From assembly GCA_963662315.1 (NCBI GenBank), contig OY759353.1:2112001-2176000 (forward strand): a stretch of 64,000 nt of DNA, in the 5' to 3' direction. The stretch is from Geopsychrobacteraceae bacterium (GTDB lineage Bacteria > Desulfobacterota > Desulfuromonadia > Desulfuromonadales > Geopsychrobacteraceae). The position numbers were made by a program, and so were the translations under genes. Below, in pieces: positions 40,071 through 49,638 of the stretch; within the stretch, counting starts at the first letter, position 1; the number at the start of each line of letters is the position of its first letter. The notes under the pieces were generated by a model. The model did not search any database, had not been told where the DNA came from, and was given only the letters and a program-made list of their open reading frames with translations.

Positions 40071-40280
40071 TAGCCTAATCCGTGAACACAATGAACGTGT
40101 CATCAGGCAAATTTTTGTAGCCGAAACGACAATGTCAAGCTGCGCCTTTGCACAGCATATTACGCCCTCCCCCCCAAGTTATGCTATCCACAAAGTCCCC
40201 TTCTGTACCAATTGCCCAGAACCGTTGTTATGATGTATAGATTAAATAGACCTATTAATTTATTGATGGAGGAGACAGCT

Positions 40281-40964
40281 ATGAACACACTTACTTGGTA
40301 CGGTCATGCTGCCATTGGCCTGAAAACGTCTGATGCACAATTGATTATTGATCCATTTTTCACCGGGAATCCCGCAGCTTCGACCTCAGCTGACAAGATC
40401 GACACCGACTATATTCTTATCAGCCATGGTCATGGTGATCATGTTGGTGACGCGCTGGAACTGGCGAGACGCACCAAAGCAAAGGTTATTGCCAATGCTG
40501 AAATCGTCAACTGGATAAAAAAACAGAATTACGAAAATGTCCATGCCCAACACCTTGGTGGCGGTTTCAAGCATCCCTTCGGCTATCTCAAACTGACGCT
40601 TGCTCTGCATGGTTCACAAATGCCAGATGGCTCCTACGGCGGGAATCCCTGTGGTTTTCTGCTGACCTGCAATGACGGTAAAAAGATCTACATGGCACAG
40701 GACACTGGCCTGTTTGGAGATATGGCCCTGATCGGAGAAGAAGGTATTGATGTTGCCCTTATTCCTATTGGTGATAACTTCACCATGGGTCCGGTCGACG
40801 CCCTGCGCGCGGTGAAACTACTGAAACCTAACGTCGTCATCCCGATTCATTACAGTACCTGGGGGCTGATTGAGCAAGATCCTATCACCTGGGGTAAGCA
40901 AGTGATGGAAGAAACGGACACTAAAGCAGTTGTTCTTAACGCTGGAGAAACTTTTGACTTTTAG
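40281..40964 (+). CDS. UPF0173 metal-dependent hydrolase (metallo-beta-lactamase fold)
   Basis: TWYGHA, IDPF, SHGHGDH, PIGDNFTMG, PIHY; GGAGG RBS before ATG 40281. Confidence 0.92.
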   Translation: MNTLTWYGHAAIGLKTSDAQLIIDPFFTGNPAASTSADKIDTDYILISHGHGDHVGDALELARRTKAKVIANAEIVNWIKKQNYENVHAQHLGGGFKHPFGYLKLTLALHGSQMPDGSYGGNPCGFLLTCNDGKKIYMAQDTGLFGDMALIGEEGIDVALIPIGDNFTMGPVDALRAVKLLKPNVVIPIHYSTWGLIEQDPITWGKQVMEETDTKAVVLNAGETFDF

Positions 40965-41132
40965 TTTCGGCCCCATAAGCCACGAAGACACTCATAATAA
41001 CGCCTTCTTGTACCTTCGTGGCTTATAACCGATCCTTCACCATTCCTGCCTGTTTCACATTCCCCTCCCTTTTCATTTTTTCAGCAAAAACAACTTCAGC
41101 AGTAGAATCTAACTAAAAAACATGCTAACCTT

Positions 41133-41151
41133 TATGACAATTTTGGTCATA
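41133..41151. promoter_or_regulatory. Palindromic operator candidate TATGAC-N7-GTCATA
   Basis: Perfect 6-bp arms ending 36 bp upstream of the small wHTH gene start. Confidence 0.45.
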
Positions 41152-41186
41152 TTTTATTTTCTTTACCATACCAAGGAGTTAGATCA

Positions 41187-41363
41187 ATGGAAGTCACTGA
41201 ACAAGTTCTTGAAGTTATGCGTGCCAATGCTGAACCCCTCAATGCCGGAAAAATTGCCGAACTGGGTGGCATTGATCGCAAAGAGGTTGACAAAGCCATG
41301 ACAAAACTGAAAAAAGAAGGAAAAATCGTCTCGCCGAAGCGTTGTTACTGGACTGCAGCATAA
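41187..41363 (+). CDS. Small (58 aa) winged-helix protein
   Basis: [67 protein letters not shown]. Below the ORF-track length cutoff. Confidence 0.85.
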   Translation: MEVTEQVLEVMRANAEPLNAGKIAELGGIDRKEVDKAMTKLKKEGKIVSPKRCYWTAA

Positions 41364-41650
41364 CCAAGCAACCAGTCTGCCAGATAGACAGCGTCCAGAC
41401 TTTTTTGCCACCAAGGCCCTAAGAGAACATTTATGCAGTTCCTGAATCAGATTTTCTTAGTGCCTTGGTGACTATGTGGCTAACAAATTACAAAGAGACC
41501 TTGCCTCGCAAACTGTCACAGCTATCCGACCAGACAGAACTCTCATCCTTTTTTAATCATTTTGCGACAGAAAGAACTCCTATTTTTAAAATAACTTGTG
41601 CTAAGATTCGCGCCTGTTTTTTCATTCAGCTTTGATTGGAGTCCAACAGT

Positions 41651-42658
41651 ATGAAACGTGATTTAGCAATGGCTTTCTCCCGTGTGACCGAAGGTGCCGC
41701 GCTTGCCGGCCACAAATGGCTTGGTCGTGGTGACAAAAATGCTGCCGATGGTGCGGCTGTCGAGGTTATGCGTGAACTGCTTAATAAAACCGAAATTGAA
41801 GGCGAAATCGTCATTGGTGAAGGTGAAATTGATGATGCCCCAATGCTTTACATTGGTGAAAAGGTCGGTCGTGGTGGCGATGCTGTCGATATCGCCGTCG
41901 ATCCGATTGAAGGGACCCGCATGACCGCCATGGGACAGTCAAACGCCCTGTCGGTTCTGGCCGCCGGTGAAAAAGGAAGCTTCCTCAAAGCCCCTGACAT
42001 GTATATGGAAAAACTGGTCGTTGGCCCTGGTGCCAAAGGCTGTATCGACCTCGACCATCCGCTGAAAGAAAACCTGGTTTATGTAGCTGCAGCGCTTAAG
42101 AAAAATCTGCGCGACCTGGTCGTCATCACCCTGGCCAAACCGCGCCATGACCAGGTTATCAAAGAGATGCAGCAAATGGGTGTTAAAGTCTTCGCGGTTC
42201 CGGATGGCGATGTCGCGGCGTCGATCCTGTCCTGTATGCCGGACAGCGAAGTCGATATGATGTACTGCATCGGCGGCGCTCCGGAAGGGGTTGTTTCTGC
42301 TGCTGTCATCCGCGCCCTGAATGGCGACATGCAGGGCCGCCTGCTGCCACGCCATCAGGTCAAAGGCGATACGGAAGAGAACCGTGCATTCGGCGAAATG
42401 GAACTGGCCCGCTGTGCTGAAATGGGCGTTGAAGCCAACAAGATCCTGCGCATGGAAGACATGGTCCGCAGTGACAATGTGGTCTTCTCCGCAACGGGTA
42501 TCACCAAGGGAGACCTGCTCGAAGGGGTCACACGCAACGGCAACATCGCCACCACAGAAACTCTGGTTATCCGTGGCCGCAGCCGCACCATCCGCCGTAT
42601 CAAGTCGATCCACTATCTGGAGCGTAAAGATCCGGAAGTCAGAGATCTGATTCTGTAA
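41651..42658 (+). CDS. glpX: Class II fructose-1,6-bisphosphatase
   Basis: GRGDKNAADGAAV, GEGEIDDAPML, DPIEGT, APDMYMEKL, GGAPEG. Confidence 0.95.
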   Translation: MKRDLAMAFSRVTEGAALAGHKWLGRGDKNAADGAAVEVMRELLNKTEIEGEIVIGEGEIDDAPMLYIGEKVGRGGDAVDIAVDPIEGTRMTAMGQSNALSVLAAGEKGSFLKAPDMYMEKLVVGPGAKGCIDLDHPLKENLVYVAAALKKNLRDLVVITLAKPRHDQVIKEMQQMGVKVFAVPDGDVAASILSCMPDSEVDMMYCIGGAPEGVVSAAVIRALNGDMQGRLLPRHQVKGDTEENRAFGEMELARCAEMGVEANKILRMEDMVRSDNVVFSATGITKGDLLEGVTRNGNIATTETLVIRGRSRTIRRIKSIHYLERKDPEVRDLIL

Positions 42659-42681
42659 CTGGCAGAGTTTGACAGATAGAT

Positions 42682-42725
42682 AAAAAAACGCCTCCAATCC
42701 TTACAGGATCTGGAGGCGTTTTTTT
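42682..42725. terminator. Bidirectional terminator between glpX and nrdB
   Basis: AAAAAAACGCCTCCA / TGGAGGCGTTTTTTT. Confidence 0.8.
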
Positions 42726-42775
42726 ATTTAACCATCGTTAAAACTTCAGCTAATTTTACAATATTGGCTATAAAG

Positions 42776-42915
42776 TTTTTGCTCTGGAAGCGAGCAATTT
42801 TCCGTTGTGGCTAGGAAAGCAAAAACTTGCGCGGAGGCGTAGTACTTTACGCCGCACAAGCAAGTGTGCAGATTGACAACGCCACAGCGGAAAAGGACCG
42901 CTCCTGGGGCAGAAA
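42776..42915. repeat. Nested-hairpin structured intergenic element (MITE/REP-like or ncRNA)
   Basis: TTTTCCGTTGTGGC pairs with GCCACAGCGGAAAA; inner GGCGTA/TACGCC; imperfect outer arms; abuts the nrdB stop. Confidence 0.6.
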
Positions 42916-43953
42916 TTAGAAATCGTCCCACCCATCGACCACCGACGATTGATTGTAGGCCGACACCGTCGCCTCAAAGAAGTTACTCTTCACATCCCCT
43001 TCCCCTTCGGTATCTGCCAGCTTTTCAAGATGTTTATAGGGATTCTTATCATACCCTTCATACAGCTTGCCGCTAAAGCCGAGCTTGTTCCAACGTTCGT
43101 TGGCCAACCATTTGGTGTACATGGCTGTCGTCTCTTCACTGACACCGAGTACTCCGTCGCCAATAATGTGATTGGTCCAGGCAATCTCCTGGTCGACAGC
43201 CATGCGGAACATCCCTTCAACATCATCCTGGGGGAAGAAGTCGGGATACAACTCACGGATTTCCCTCACGATAAATTCAAACAGCACGCAATGAGACAGC
43301 TCGTCACGATTGATATAGCGAATCACCTCGGAGGTACCGATCATCAGGTGGCGACTGGCCAGATTGTAGAAGAAGTTGAATCCGTTATAGAAATACAGCC
43401 CCTCAAGCAGGTAGTTAGCGATCACCACCCGGTAGAAGTGCCGCTCTGACGGATCATCAATAAATTTCTGATAAATCTCGGCAACATACTTGTTACGCTC
43501 GAATAACACCTTGTCGGTCCGCCATTTGTCATAGATGCTGTTGCGGCGATCCGCCGGAATGATCGATTCAACAATATACTGGTAACTCTGGCTATGAATG
43601 GCTTCCTGATATTGCTGAATGGCGAGCAGCAGATTCACTTCGGGAGCGGTGATATAGTCGTTAATATTGGACAGATTGTTGGTCTGAATACTGTCGAGGA
43701 AAATCAGGAAAGAGAGAATCCCATCATACGCCTGACGCTCTTCAACTGTCAGATGCTTATACGGCTCGATATCCCCGTTCAGATCAATTTTTTCCGGAAT
43801 CCAGAAGTTGGCCATCATGTTGCGATACATGCGGTTGGCCCACTGGTAACGGACATTGTTCAGGTTAAAAATATTGGTGCTGTTACCGTCGATAATTCGC
43901 CGGGTATCAAGGGAATCGTTCCCCTCGGGATTAAAGAGTCGTTTGGGTTCCAT
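42916..43953 (-). CDS. nrdB: Class I ribonucleotide reductase beta subunit
   Basis: FW.PE, LDSIQ, EAIHSQSY (radical Tyr), LEGLYFY and RDELSH. ATG 43953 with GAGGAG RBS. Confidence 0.95.
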   Translation of the reverse strand: MEPKRLFNPEGNDSLDTRRIIDGNSTNIFNLNNVRYQWANRMYRNMMANFWIPEKIDLNGDIEPYKHLTVEERQAYDGILSFLIFLDSIQTNNLSNINDYITAPEVNLLLAIQQYQEAIHSQSYQYIVESIIPADRRNSIYDKWRTDKVLFERNKYVAEIYQKFIDDPSERHFYRVVIANYLLEGLYFYNGFNFFYNLASRHLMIGTSEVIRYINRDELSHCVLFEFIVREIRELYPDFFPQDDVEGMFRMAVDQEIAWTNHIIGDGVLGVSEETTAMYTKWLANERWNKLGFSGKLYEGYDKNPYKHLEKLADTEGEGDVKSNFFEATVSAYNQSSVVDGWDDF

Positions 43954-43975
43954 CTTTGGCTCCTCTATTATCTTC

Positions 43976-44020
43976 TGAAATCTCAAATTTCAAATCTGAA
44001 ATCGCGCAACAATGTTGCGC
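43976..44020. repeat. Four tandem heptamers plus a short hairpin in the nrdA-nrdB spacer
   Basis: TGAAATC TCAAATT TCAAATC TGAAATC, then GCGCAAC-AAT-GTTGCGC. Confidence 0.7.
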
Positions 44021-44021
44021 G

Positions 44022-46301
44022 CTACCCTGCACAGGAAACGCATTCTTCCTTGGTCGAGGCGATGTTGCTGTTTTTCTGGATACTGCGCGTATAGTATATC
44101 GCCTTACACCCTTTCTTCCAGGCCGCCATGTGCGTTTCATAAATATCTTTAGCCGTCAGATTGTTATTCAGATTGAACAGCAGCTCCATGGAAATTCCGG
44201 TATCAACATAGCGTTGCAGGCGCGACACCACATCAACCACAACGCGCTGATCAATGTGTTTGGATTCCTGATAGTGCCACAGCTTATCTTTAATGTAGGG
44301 CGGAACAATCGGCACGGTGCCATTGCTGTTATTATCGATATAAAACTTGCTGAAAATAGGCAGTACGCTTGCCGTGCACCCCTGGACAATGGAGCTGCTG
44401 GTATTGGGAGCGATGGCCGTGATGTGACTGTTGCGCACCCCGTGTTCCGCAATACGATCAAACAGGGCATCCCAGTCGAGGGTGCCATGCTCTTTGAACC
44501 AACTGCGATCACGACATAAAATCTGCTCCTGTGACCAGCTGCTCCCGTTATAGAGAGGATAATGTCCACGCTCGCGAGCCAGCTCACAGCTGGCCCAAGT
44601 ACAGTAATAACCAAACGCCTCAGCCAGTTTATCGACGGCAGCCCCGGCGCTGACGTAAGGGATCCCTTGACGCGCCAGGTAATCGGCCAACCCCATCATA
44701 CCAACCCCGATGGTGCGCAAAAGTTCGTTGTGCCGTTGCCCTTCGGCGACCGGCACATCGGTAATATCGATGCAGTTATCCAGAATACGTACGGAAGTTT
44801 CACACACCCCCGGGAGCTCTTCATCTTCAACATTGGCCATATTGATCGACACCAGGTTGCAGGTATGCACCAGCCCAGGTTCGACATCACGCGATATTTT
44901 GCCATCTTCAAAGCGTTGTACACCAATGGATGAAGGCTTAACCACGGAATATGATTCAACACACAGATTCGTACAGGGAATCATCCCAACATGCTGATTG
45001 GGGTTGGCTCGATTAATCGTATCCTTAAACGAGATATAAGGCATTCCGGTTTCAATCTGAACCTTCATAATCTGTTTATAAAGGGTCTTTGCGTTCACCT
45101 TTTCATAAAGTTCAATATTTCCCAACTCTATTTCCTGATGAAGATGGTCGAGGGCCCGGTCAAATTCGTCACCCCACAATTCTGCCAGCTCATAGCCAAA
45201 GCGGGTCCGGATCTCATGGGGATCAAACAGGAACCAATCTTCATTATTTTCAACCGCACGCATAAAACGGTCGGTCACCACAACCTGAGGGAAAACGTCA
45301 AAAGCCTTGCGACGCTGATCACCATTTTCGGTCTGCAGTTCGAGAAAATCCTCCATATCCAAATGCCAGCTGTCGAGGGCAACGGTTACAGCACCGGCGC
45401 GTTTCCCGCCCTGGTTGAAATACAGGGCAATGTCGTTGATGACCCGTACATTGGGCACAACCCCGCCGGCCCGGCCAATCGAATTGCGGATCCTGGCGCC
45501 CTGGGAACGGATGCGGCTGATACTGACGCCAACTCCGCCACCACCAGAGCTGATCTGTCCAACCTGTTCAAAGGTATGGAAGATACTGTTGGTATCATCA
45601 TCGACGGCCGTGATAAAACAGCTGGACAGGTTCCCGTTCGGTTTGCGCAGATTGATTAGGATCGGTGTCGCCAGTGAGATTTTACGTTTGGCCAGCATGA
45701 TGTAGGTGTCGCGGACCCGCTGCAGACGAACCTCCTCCGCTTGATTCTGTTCGATCAGCAAAGCAATAGTCAGCAGCGCTTCCTGCGGCATTTCAATCAC
45801 CTTGTTCTCATACTCCAGCATGTAACGTTTGATCAGCAGGCTGATCCCGGCGTAGTCGTAATCGTAATCATACTCCTGCTGAAGAAACTGACCGGCTTTA
45901 TGCAGCTCTTTTTCCGTGTATTTTTCAATCAGAACCGAGGAGTAAATACCCTTCTCAACAAAATCCTTAACCGTCTGACAGTAGCTCGGGTAACGATACT
46001 CATAGGGAATATTCCGCGCCAAGTGAACCCGCTTGTAGAAATCAACCAGCTTCAGACGCGCCGCCAGAATCCGCCAGTCCGGCTCTTCAATTGAGGTCAG
46101 CCGCAGCGAAGTTTCTATCACTGTCTCGTGAATCTCCCCGGTGGTCATATTATTACGGAAATGAATTTCCAGTTTTGATTCAAGTTCGATAGGGTTGATA
46201 TCCAGCCCCTCTGCAGCCCACTGGATAACCTTACGGATTTTTGCAATTTCAAGAGGAGCCTCTTCCCCGTTACGTTTAATGACGCGGTAGCGTTTTGCCA
46301 T
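44022..46301 (-). CDS. nrdA: Class I ribonucleotide reductase alpha subunit with ATP cone
   Basis: VIKRNG ATP cone, SSCF, TNLCVE, TCNL, APN.SSS, YY, C-terminal CVSC. Confidence 0.96.
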   Translation of the reverse strand: MAKRYRVIKRNGEEAPLEIAKIRKVIQWAAEGLDINPIELESKLEIHFRNNMTTGEIHETVIETSLRLTSIEEPDWRILAARLKLVDFYKRVHLARNIPYEYRYPSYCQTVKDFVEKGIYSSVLIEKYTEKELHKAGQFLQQEYDYDYDYAGISLLIKRYMLEYENKVIEMPQEALLTIALLIEQNQAEEVRLQRVRDTYIMLAKRKISLATPILINLRKPNGNLSSCFITAVDDDTNSIFHTFEQVGQISSGGGGVGVSISRIRSQGARIRNSIGRAGGVVPNVRVINDIALYFNQGGKRAGAVTVALDSWHLDMEDFLELQTENGDQRRKAFDVFPQVVVTDRFMRAVENNEDWFLFDPHEIRTRFGYELAELWGDEFDRALDHLHQEIELGNIELYEKVNAKTLYKQIMKVQIETGMPYISFKDTINRANPNQHVGMIPCTNLCVESYSVVKPSSIGVQRFEDGKISRDVEPGLVHTCNLVSINMANVEDEELPGVCETSVRILDNCIDITDVPVAEGQRHNELLRTIGVGMMGLADYLARQGIPYVSAGAAVDKLAEAFGYYCTWASCELARERGHYPLYNGSSWSQEQILCRDRSWFKEHGTLDWDALFDRIAEHGVRNSHITAIAPNTSSSIVQGCTASVLPIFSKFYIDNNSNGTVPIVPPYIKDKLWHYQESKHIDQRVVVDVVSRLQRYVDTGISMELLFNLNNNLTAKDIYETHMAAWKKGCKAIYYTRSIQKNSNIASTKEECVSCAG

Positions 46302-46330
46302 GATCCCGGACCTCCGTTGTTATTATCACT

Positions 46331-46377
46331 ACACCATATCTTGTAGTCGCAGGATCGAAGTATACATCATATTGAAA
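46331..46377. promoter_or_regulatory. Tandem NrdR boxes
   Basis: ACACCATATCTTGTAG at 46331 and a weaker ATACATCATATTGAAA at 46362, 31 bp apart, upstream of nrdA. Confidence 0.75.
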
Positions 46378-46777
46378 TAAAATTAAGACAAAAATGGTAA
46401 CTTTTTAAAGTTTTAATCACTCCCATTGCTTGAAACATTTGAATTTGCCTGTTTTTACAAGGAAAATATCGGAAGGGATAAATCAGGCAAGCTATTTGTC
46501 TCGCAGGTAGCTACTCCCCTTTAAGTTCCCCTAAAGACAATTGAAACACTCAAGAGTATCAACAACAGCAGAATCAAGTTGTACTTGAAAATACTAACAT
46601 TTCAGAACAAAAGTCTTTACCAGAGCACCCGGCATTATGCAGGGTCGTTCTTTTTATCCCTATAAATATTTGCTATAGTTACGACCGGAAAACACAAATT
46701 CACTTTCATTTTTCATCATAGTCCCTCGTATATCAGAATCAGAAACAGGTCAGCCCTGTTTCTCCAAAGGAGGAATC

Positions 46778-47701
46778 ATGTCAGTTTTATTACGTTCGGC
46801 ATTAAAACCCGATGAAATTACCACAGAGATCGAAGAGCGCTTTAAGCCCATCTGGGAAAAAGGCCCGATCAGTGAGGAAGTCGCCAAGGATATCAATATT
46901 GTCATCACCAAGGGGGACCTGGGTCTCAAAAGCGATGAGATGCGTGCCCTGCCCAACCTGAAACTGATCTCCGTCTATGGCGTCGGCACCGATGCTATCG
47001 ATCTGATCCAGGCCAAAGAGCGCGGCATCCAGGTTGCAACCACCCCCAACGTCCTGACCAATGCCGTTGCTGAAATGGCCCTGACCCTGACTCTGGCCGG
47101 AGCCCGCCGCATAGCAGAAGGTGACCGCCACGTACGCGCCGGCAAATGGCCTCAGGCCAGCCTGGGGCTGGGTTGGTCGGTCGTTGGTGAAACTGCCGGC
47201 ATTTTCGGCTACGGACGCATTGGTAAACGGATTGCGGAATTGTGCCGGGCGGTTGGCATGAAGGTGCTATATACCGACCTGCAGGCGACACCGGGCGAAG
47301 AAGCAGCCTTCCGCCCTTCCGCTGAAGAGCTGGCCAAAGACTGCCGCGTCCTGATTATTGCCGCTGAAGGTGGCGCTAAGACCCGCGGACTGATTAACCG
47401 CAAAGTTTTAAAAGCCCTCGGCCCCGATGGTCTGCTGGTCAACGTTGCCCGTGGCTCGGTCATCAATGAAGCAGAACTGATCCAAAGCCTTGCCGCCGAT
47501 GAAATCGCCTGTGCCGCCCTTGATGTTTTTGAAGATGAGCCGAATGTCCCTGAAGCGTTGCGCAATAATCCCAAACTGGTTCTAACCCCTCATGTTGCCT
47601 CGGGAACCGTCGATGCCCGCATGGCCATGGGGCGACTGGTCATCGACAACACCGCAGCGTTTCTAGCAGGTGAACCATTATTGACCCCTCTCTCATTTTA
47701 A
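46778..47701 (+). CDS. D-2-hydroxyacid dehydrogenase (2-ketoaldonate/hydroxypyruvate reductase-like)
   Basis: GVGTDAID, GYGRIG, NVARGSV, LDVFEDEP, TPHVAS. Confidence 0.9.
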   Translation: MSVLLRSALKPDEITTEIEERFKPIWEKGPISEEVAKDINIVITKGDLGLKSDEMRALPNLKLISVYGVGTDAIDLIQAKERGIQVATTPNVLTNAVAEMALTLTLAGARRIAEGDRHVRAGKWPQASLGLGWSVVGETAGIFGYGRIGKRIAELCRAVGMKVLYTDLQATPGEEAAFRPSAEELAKDCRVLIIAAEGGAKTRGLINRKVLKALGPDGLLVNVARGSVINEAELIQSLAADEIACAALDVFEDEPNVPEALRNNPKLVLTPHVASGTVDARMAMGRLVIDNTAAFLAGEPLLTPLSF

Positions 47702-47714
47702 CAGGAGCTTACAG

Positions 47715-49133
47715 ATGCAGGAAACCCGGTCAATAGGTCTCATCGGTCTTGGCGTCATGGGCCAGAACCTCGCCCTGAATATGACAGACCACGGCTTTAA
47801 CGTTGTCAGTTACGATCCGTGGGAAAGTGCCCGCAATAATTTTGCCCAACTTAACCAGGGCAGTGCCAATCCTGAGCGCGTCACTATCTGTGACAACCTC
47901 AGCGATTTTGTCCGGACCCTACCTGTGCCACGTAGCATTTTGCTCATGGTCAAGGCCGGGGAAGTCGTCGACCAGCAAATTGAGCAGTTACTTCCGCTCC
48001 TGAGTAGCGGCGATACCATCATTGATGGGGGCAACTCTCATTATCATGACACGCGCCGCCGTGAGCACTATCTCCAGGAAAAAGGGCTATACTTCATTGG
48101 TCTGGGTATTTCCGGTGGGGAAGAAGGAGCGCGCCGCGGACCAGCTATGATGGCCGGTGGCGCACCTGAGTCTTTTGTGCGGGTCGAACCGATATTTGCT
48201 GCCATCGCCGCCCGGTTTGAAGATGAACCCTGCTGTGCCTTGGTCGGTCCTGATGGAGCCGGTCATTTCGTCAAGATGATTCATAATGGTATCGAATACG
48301 GCATTATGCAGCTGATTGCCGAAACTTATGTTCTGCTGCGTGATGTCGGGCAACTGTCACACGCTGACATGGCGACCACCTTCAAAAACTGGAATCAGAC
48401 CGAACTGGCTTCGTACCTGATTGAGATCACTGCGGACATTCTGGTTAAACCGGACGAATACAGTACTCAACCCCTGGTGGAAATGATCCTCGATAAAGCA
48501 GGACAAAAAGGCACCGGACGCTGGAGCAGTGAAGCGGCTCTGGAGGTTGGCATTCCGACCCCGACCATTACCAGCGCCGTATTCGCCCGAGCCCTGTCGG
48601 CACTAAAGGATGAGCGATTGGTTGCGGCAGACATTCTCGCTGGACCTGCTCAGCAAGACATTAACAATAAAGAGGAATTTGTTGACGCGGTCAAGGACGC
48701 ATTACTCAGCTCAATCATTGCCTCCTACGCTCAAGGGTTGGCGGTTATCTCGGCAGCGTCTGACGAACACCACTGGCAGATCGATATCGCCACAGTCACC
48801 AGCATCTGGCGAGCCGGCTGTATTATCCGCGCCGAACTGCTTGATACCATTACGTCAGCTTATCGGCAGTCCGGCCAGCCCCTTAACCTGATGTGCGCTT
48901 CAGGAATCAGTAATCTGCTGCAAAAAACTCAGAATGGCTGGCGTAAGACCCTGGTGACCGCCATAGAGAGTGGCATCCCGGTACCAGCCATTTCATCTGC
49001 ACTGGCGTATTACGACAGCTACCGGTCACCACGGTTGTGGGCCAACATGATTCAGGCGCAGCGCGATTATTTTGGTGCACATACCTATCAAAGAGTTGAC
49101 AGAGCGGGGGTCTTTCACTCCCAGTGGTGTTGA
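47715..49133 (+). CDS. gnd: 6-phosphogluconate dehydrogenase, decarboxylating
   Basis: GLGVMG.NL, MVKAG, IDGGNS, SGGEEGA, GHFVKMIHNGIEY, QKGTG, QAQRDYFGAHTY. Confidence 0.96.
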   Translation: MQETRSIGLIGLGVMGQNLALNMTDHGFNVVSYDPWESARNNFAQLNQGSANPERVTICDNLSDFVRTLPVPRSILLMVKAGEVVDQQIEQLLPLLSSGDTIIDGGNSHYHDTRRREHYLQEKGLYFIGLGISGGEEGARRGPAMMAGGAPESFVRVEPIFAAIAARFEDEPCCALVGPDGAGHFVKMIHNGIEYGIMQLIAETYVLLRDVGQLSHADMATTFKNWNQTELASYLIEITADILVKPDEYSTQPLVEMILDKAGQKGTGRWSSEAALEVGIPTPTITSAVFARALSALKDERLVAADILAGPAQQDINNKEEFVDAVKDALLSSIIASYAQGLAVISAASDEHHWQIDIATVTSIWRAGCIIRAELLDTITSAYRQSGQPLNLMCASGISNLLQKTQNGWRKTLVTAIESGIPVPAISSALAYYDSYRSPRLWANMIQAQRDYFGAHTYQRVDRAGVFHSQWC

Positions 49134-49237
49134 GTTGTAAGCTGTTAACGGCCGTGTTCCGCGACGGCATCAGTCAGTGAGCGAGCTTGCGCGGCCTAAA
49201 GTTGGGGACTCCTGTCCCGCCCGAAAATATGACATCA

Positions 49238-49413
49238 GTGCGATAACAAGCGCTTAAAGGCAAGGCGGCGCATGAGCGCAGGAACTCGCAGGACTGAATT
49301 CAGGCGCAGACAACGCTACAGATGACCGCTTAATCGCACCCGAAGAAAGTTTCTCCCCTGCGTCGCCAGAAGCGGCAGCCCTTGTGAATGATCATTCCCT
49401 TCACAAGGGCTGC
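49238..49413. repeat. Structured intergenic element plus a perfect 14-bp inverted repeat
   Basis: GTGCGAT..AAGCG / CGCTT..ATCGCAC (49238-49339); GCAGCCCTTGTGAA / TTCACAAGGGCTGC (49375-49413). Confidence 0.55.
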
Positions 49414-49638
49414 AACACATGGCATGCAGAAGAGGCTCAGAGAACAATATTTAAAGAAGAGAGCGAATAACGTCAGCAGTTACAAGCGTTTTTTTCTTTA
49501 CCGCGTTCTATATGGGGCCCTATCTTTGACCACCGACCCAGCTGCCCTGCTCATCTGATATAATCTTTAATGGTAAGTTTGTTTTGCAAAGAGCTTCATC
49601 ACCATCTCAGTGCCAGTCTGGCAGGAGGGAGGTGTTGC

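Noticed and set aside
49140..49235. Cyclic di-GMP (GEMM) riboswitch
   Set aside because: Contains GGCCTAAA but lacks the GGCAAA and GACGCAAA core elements.
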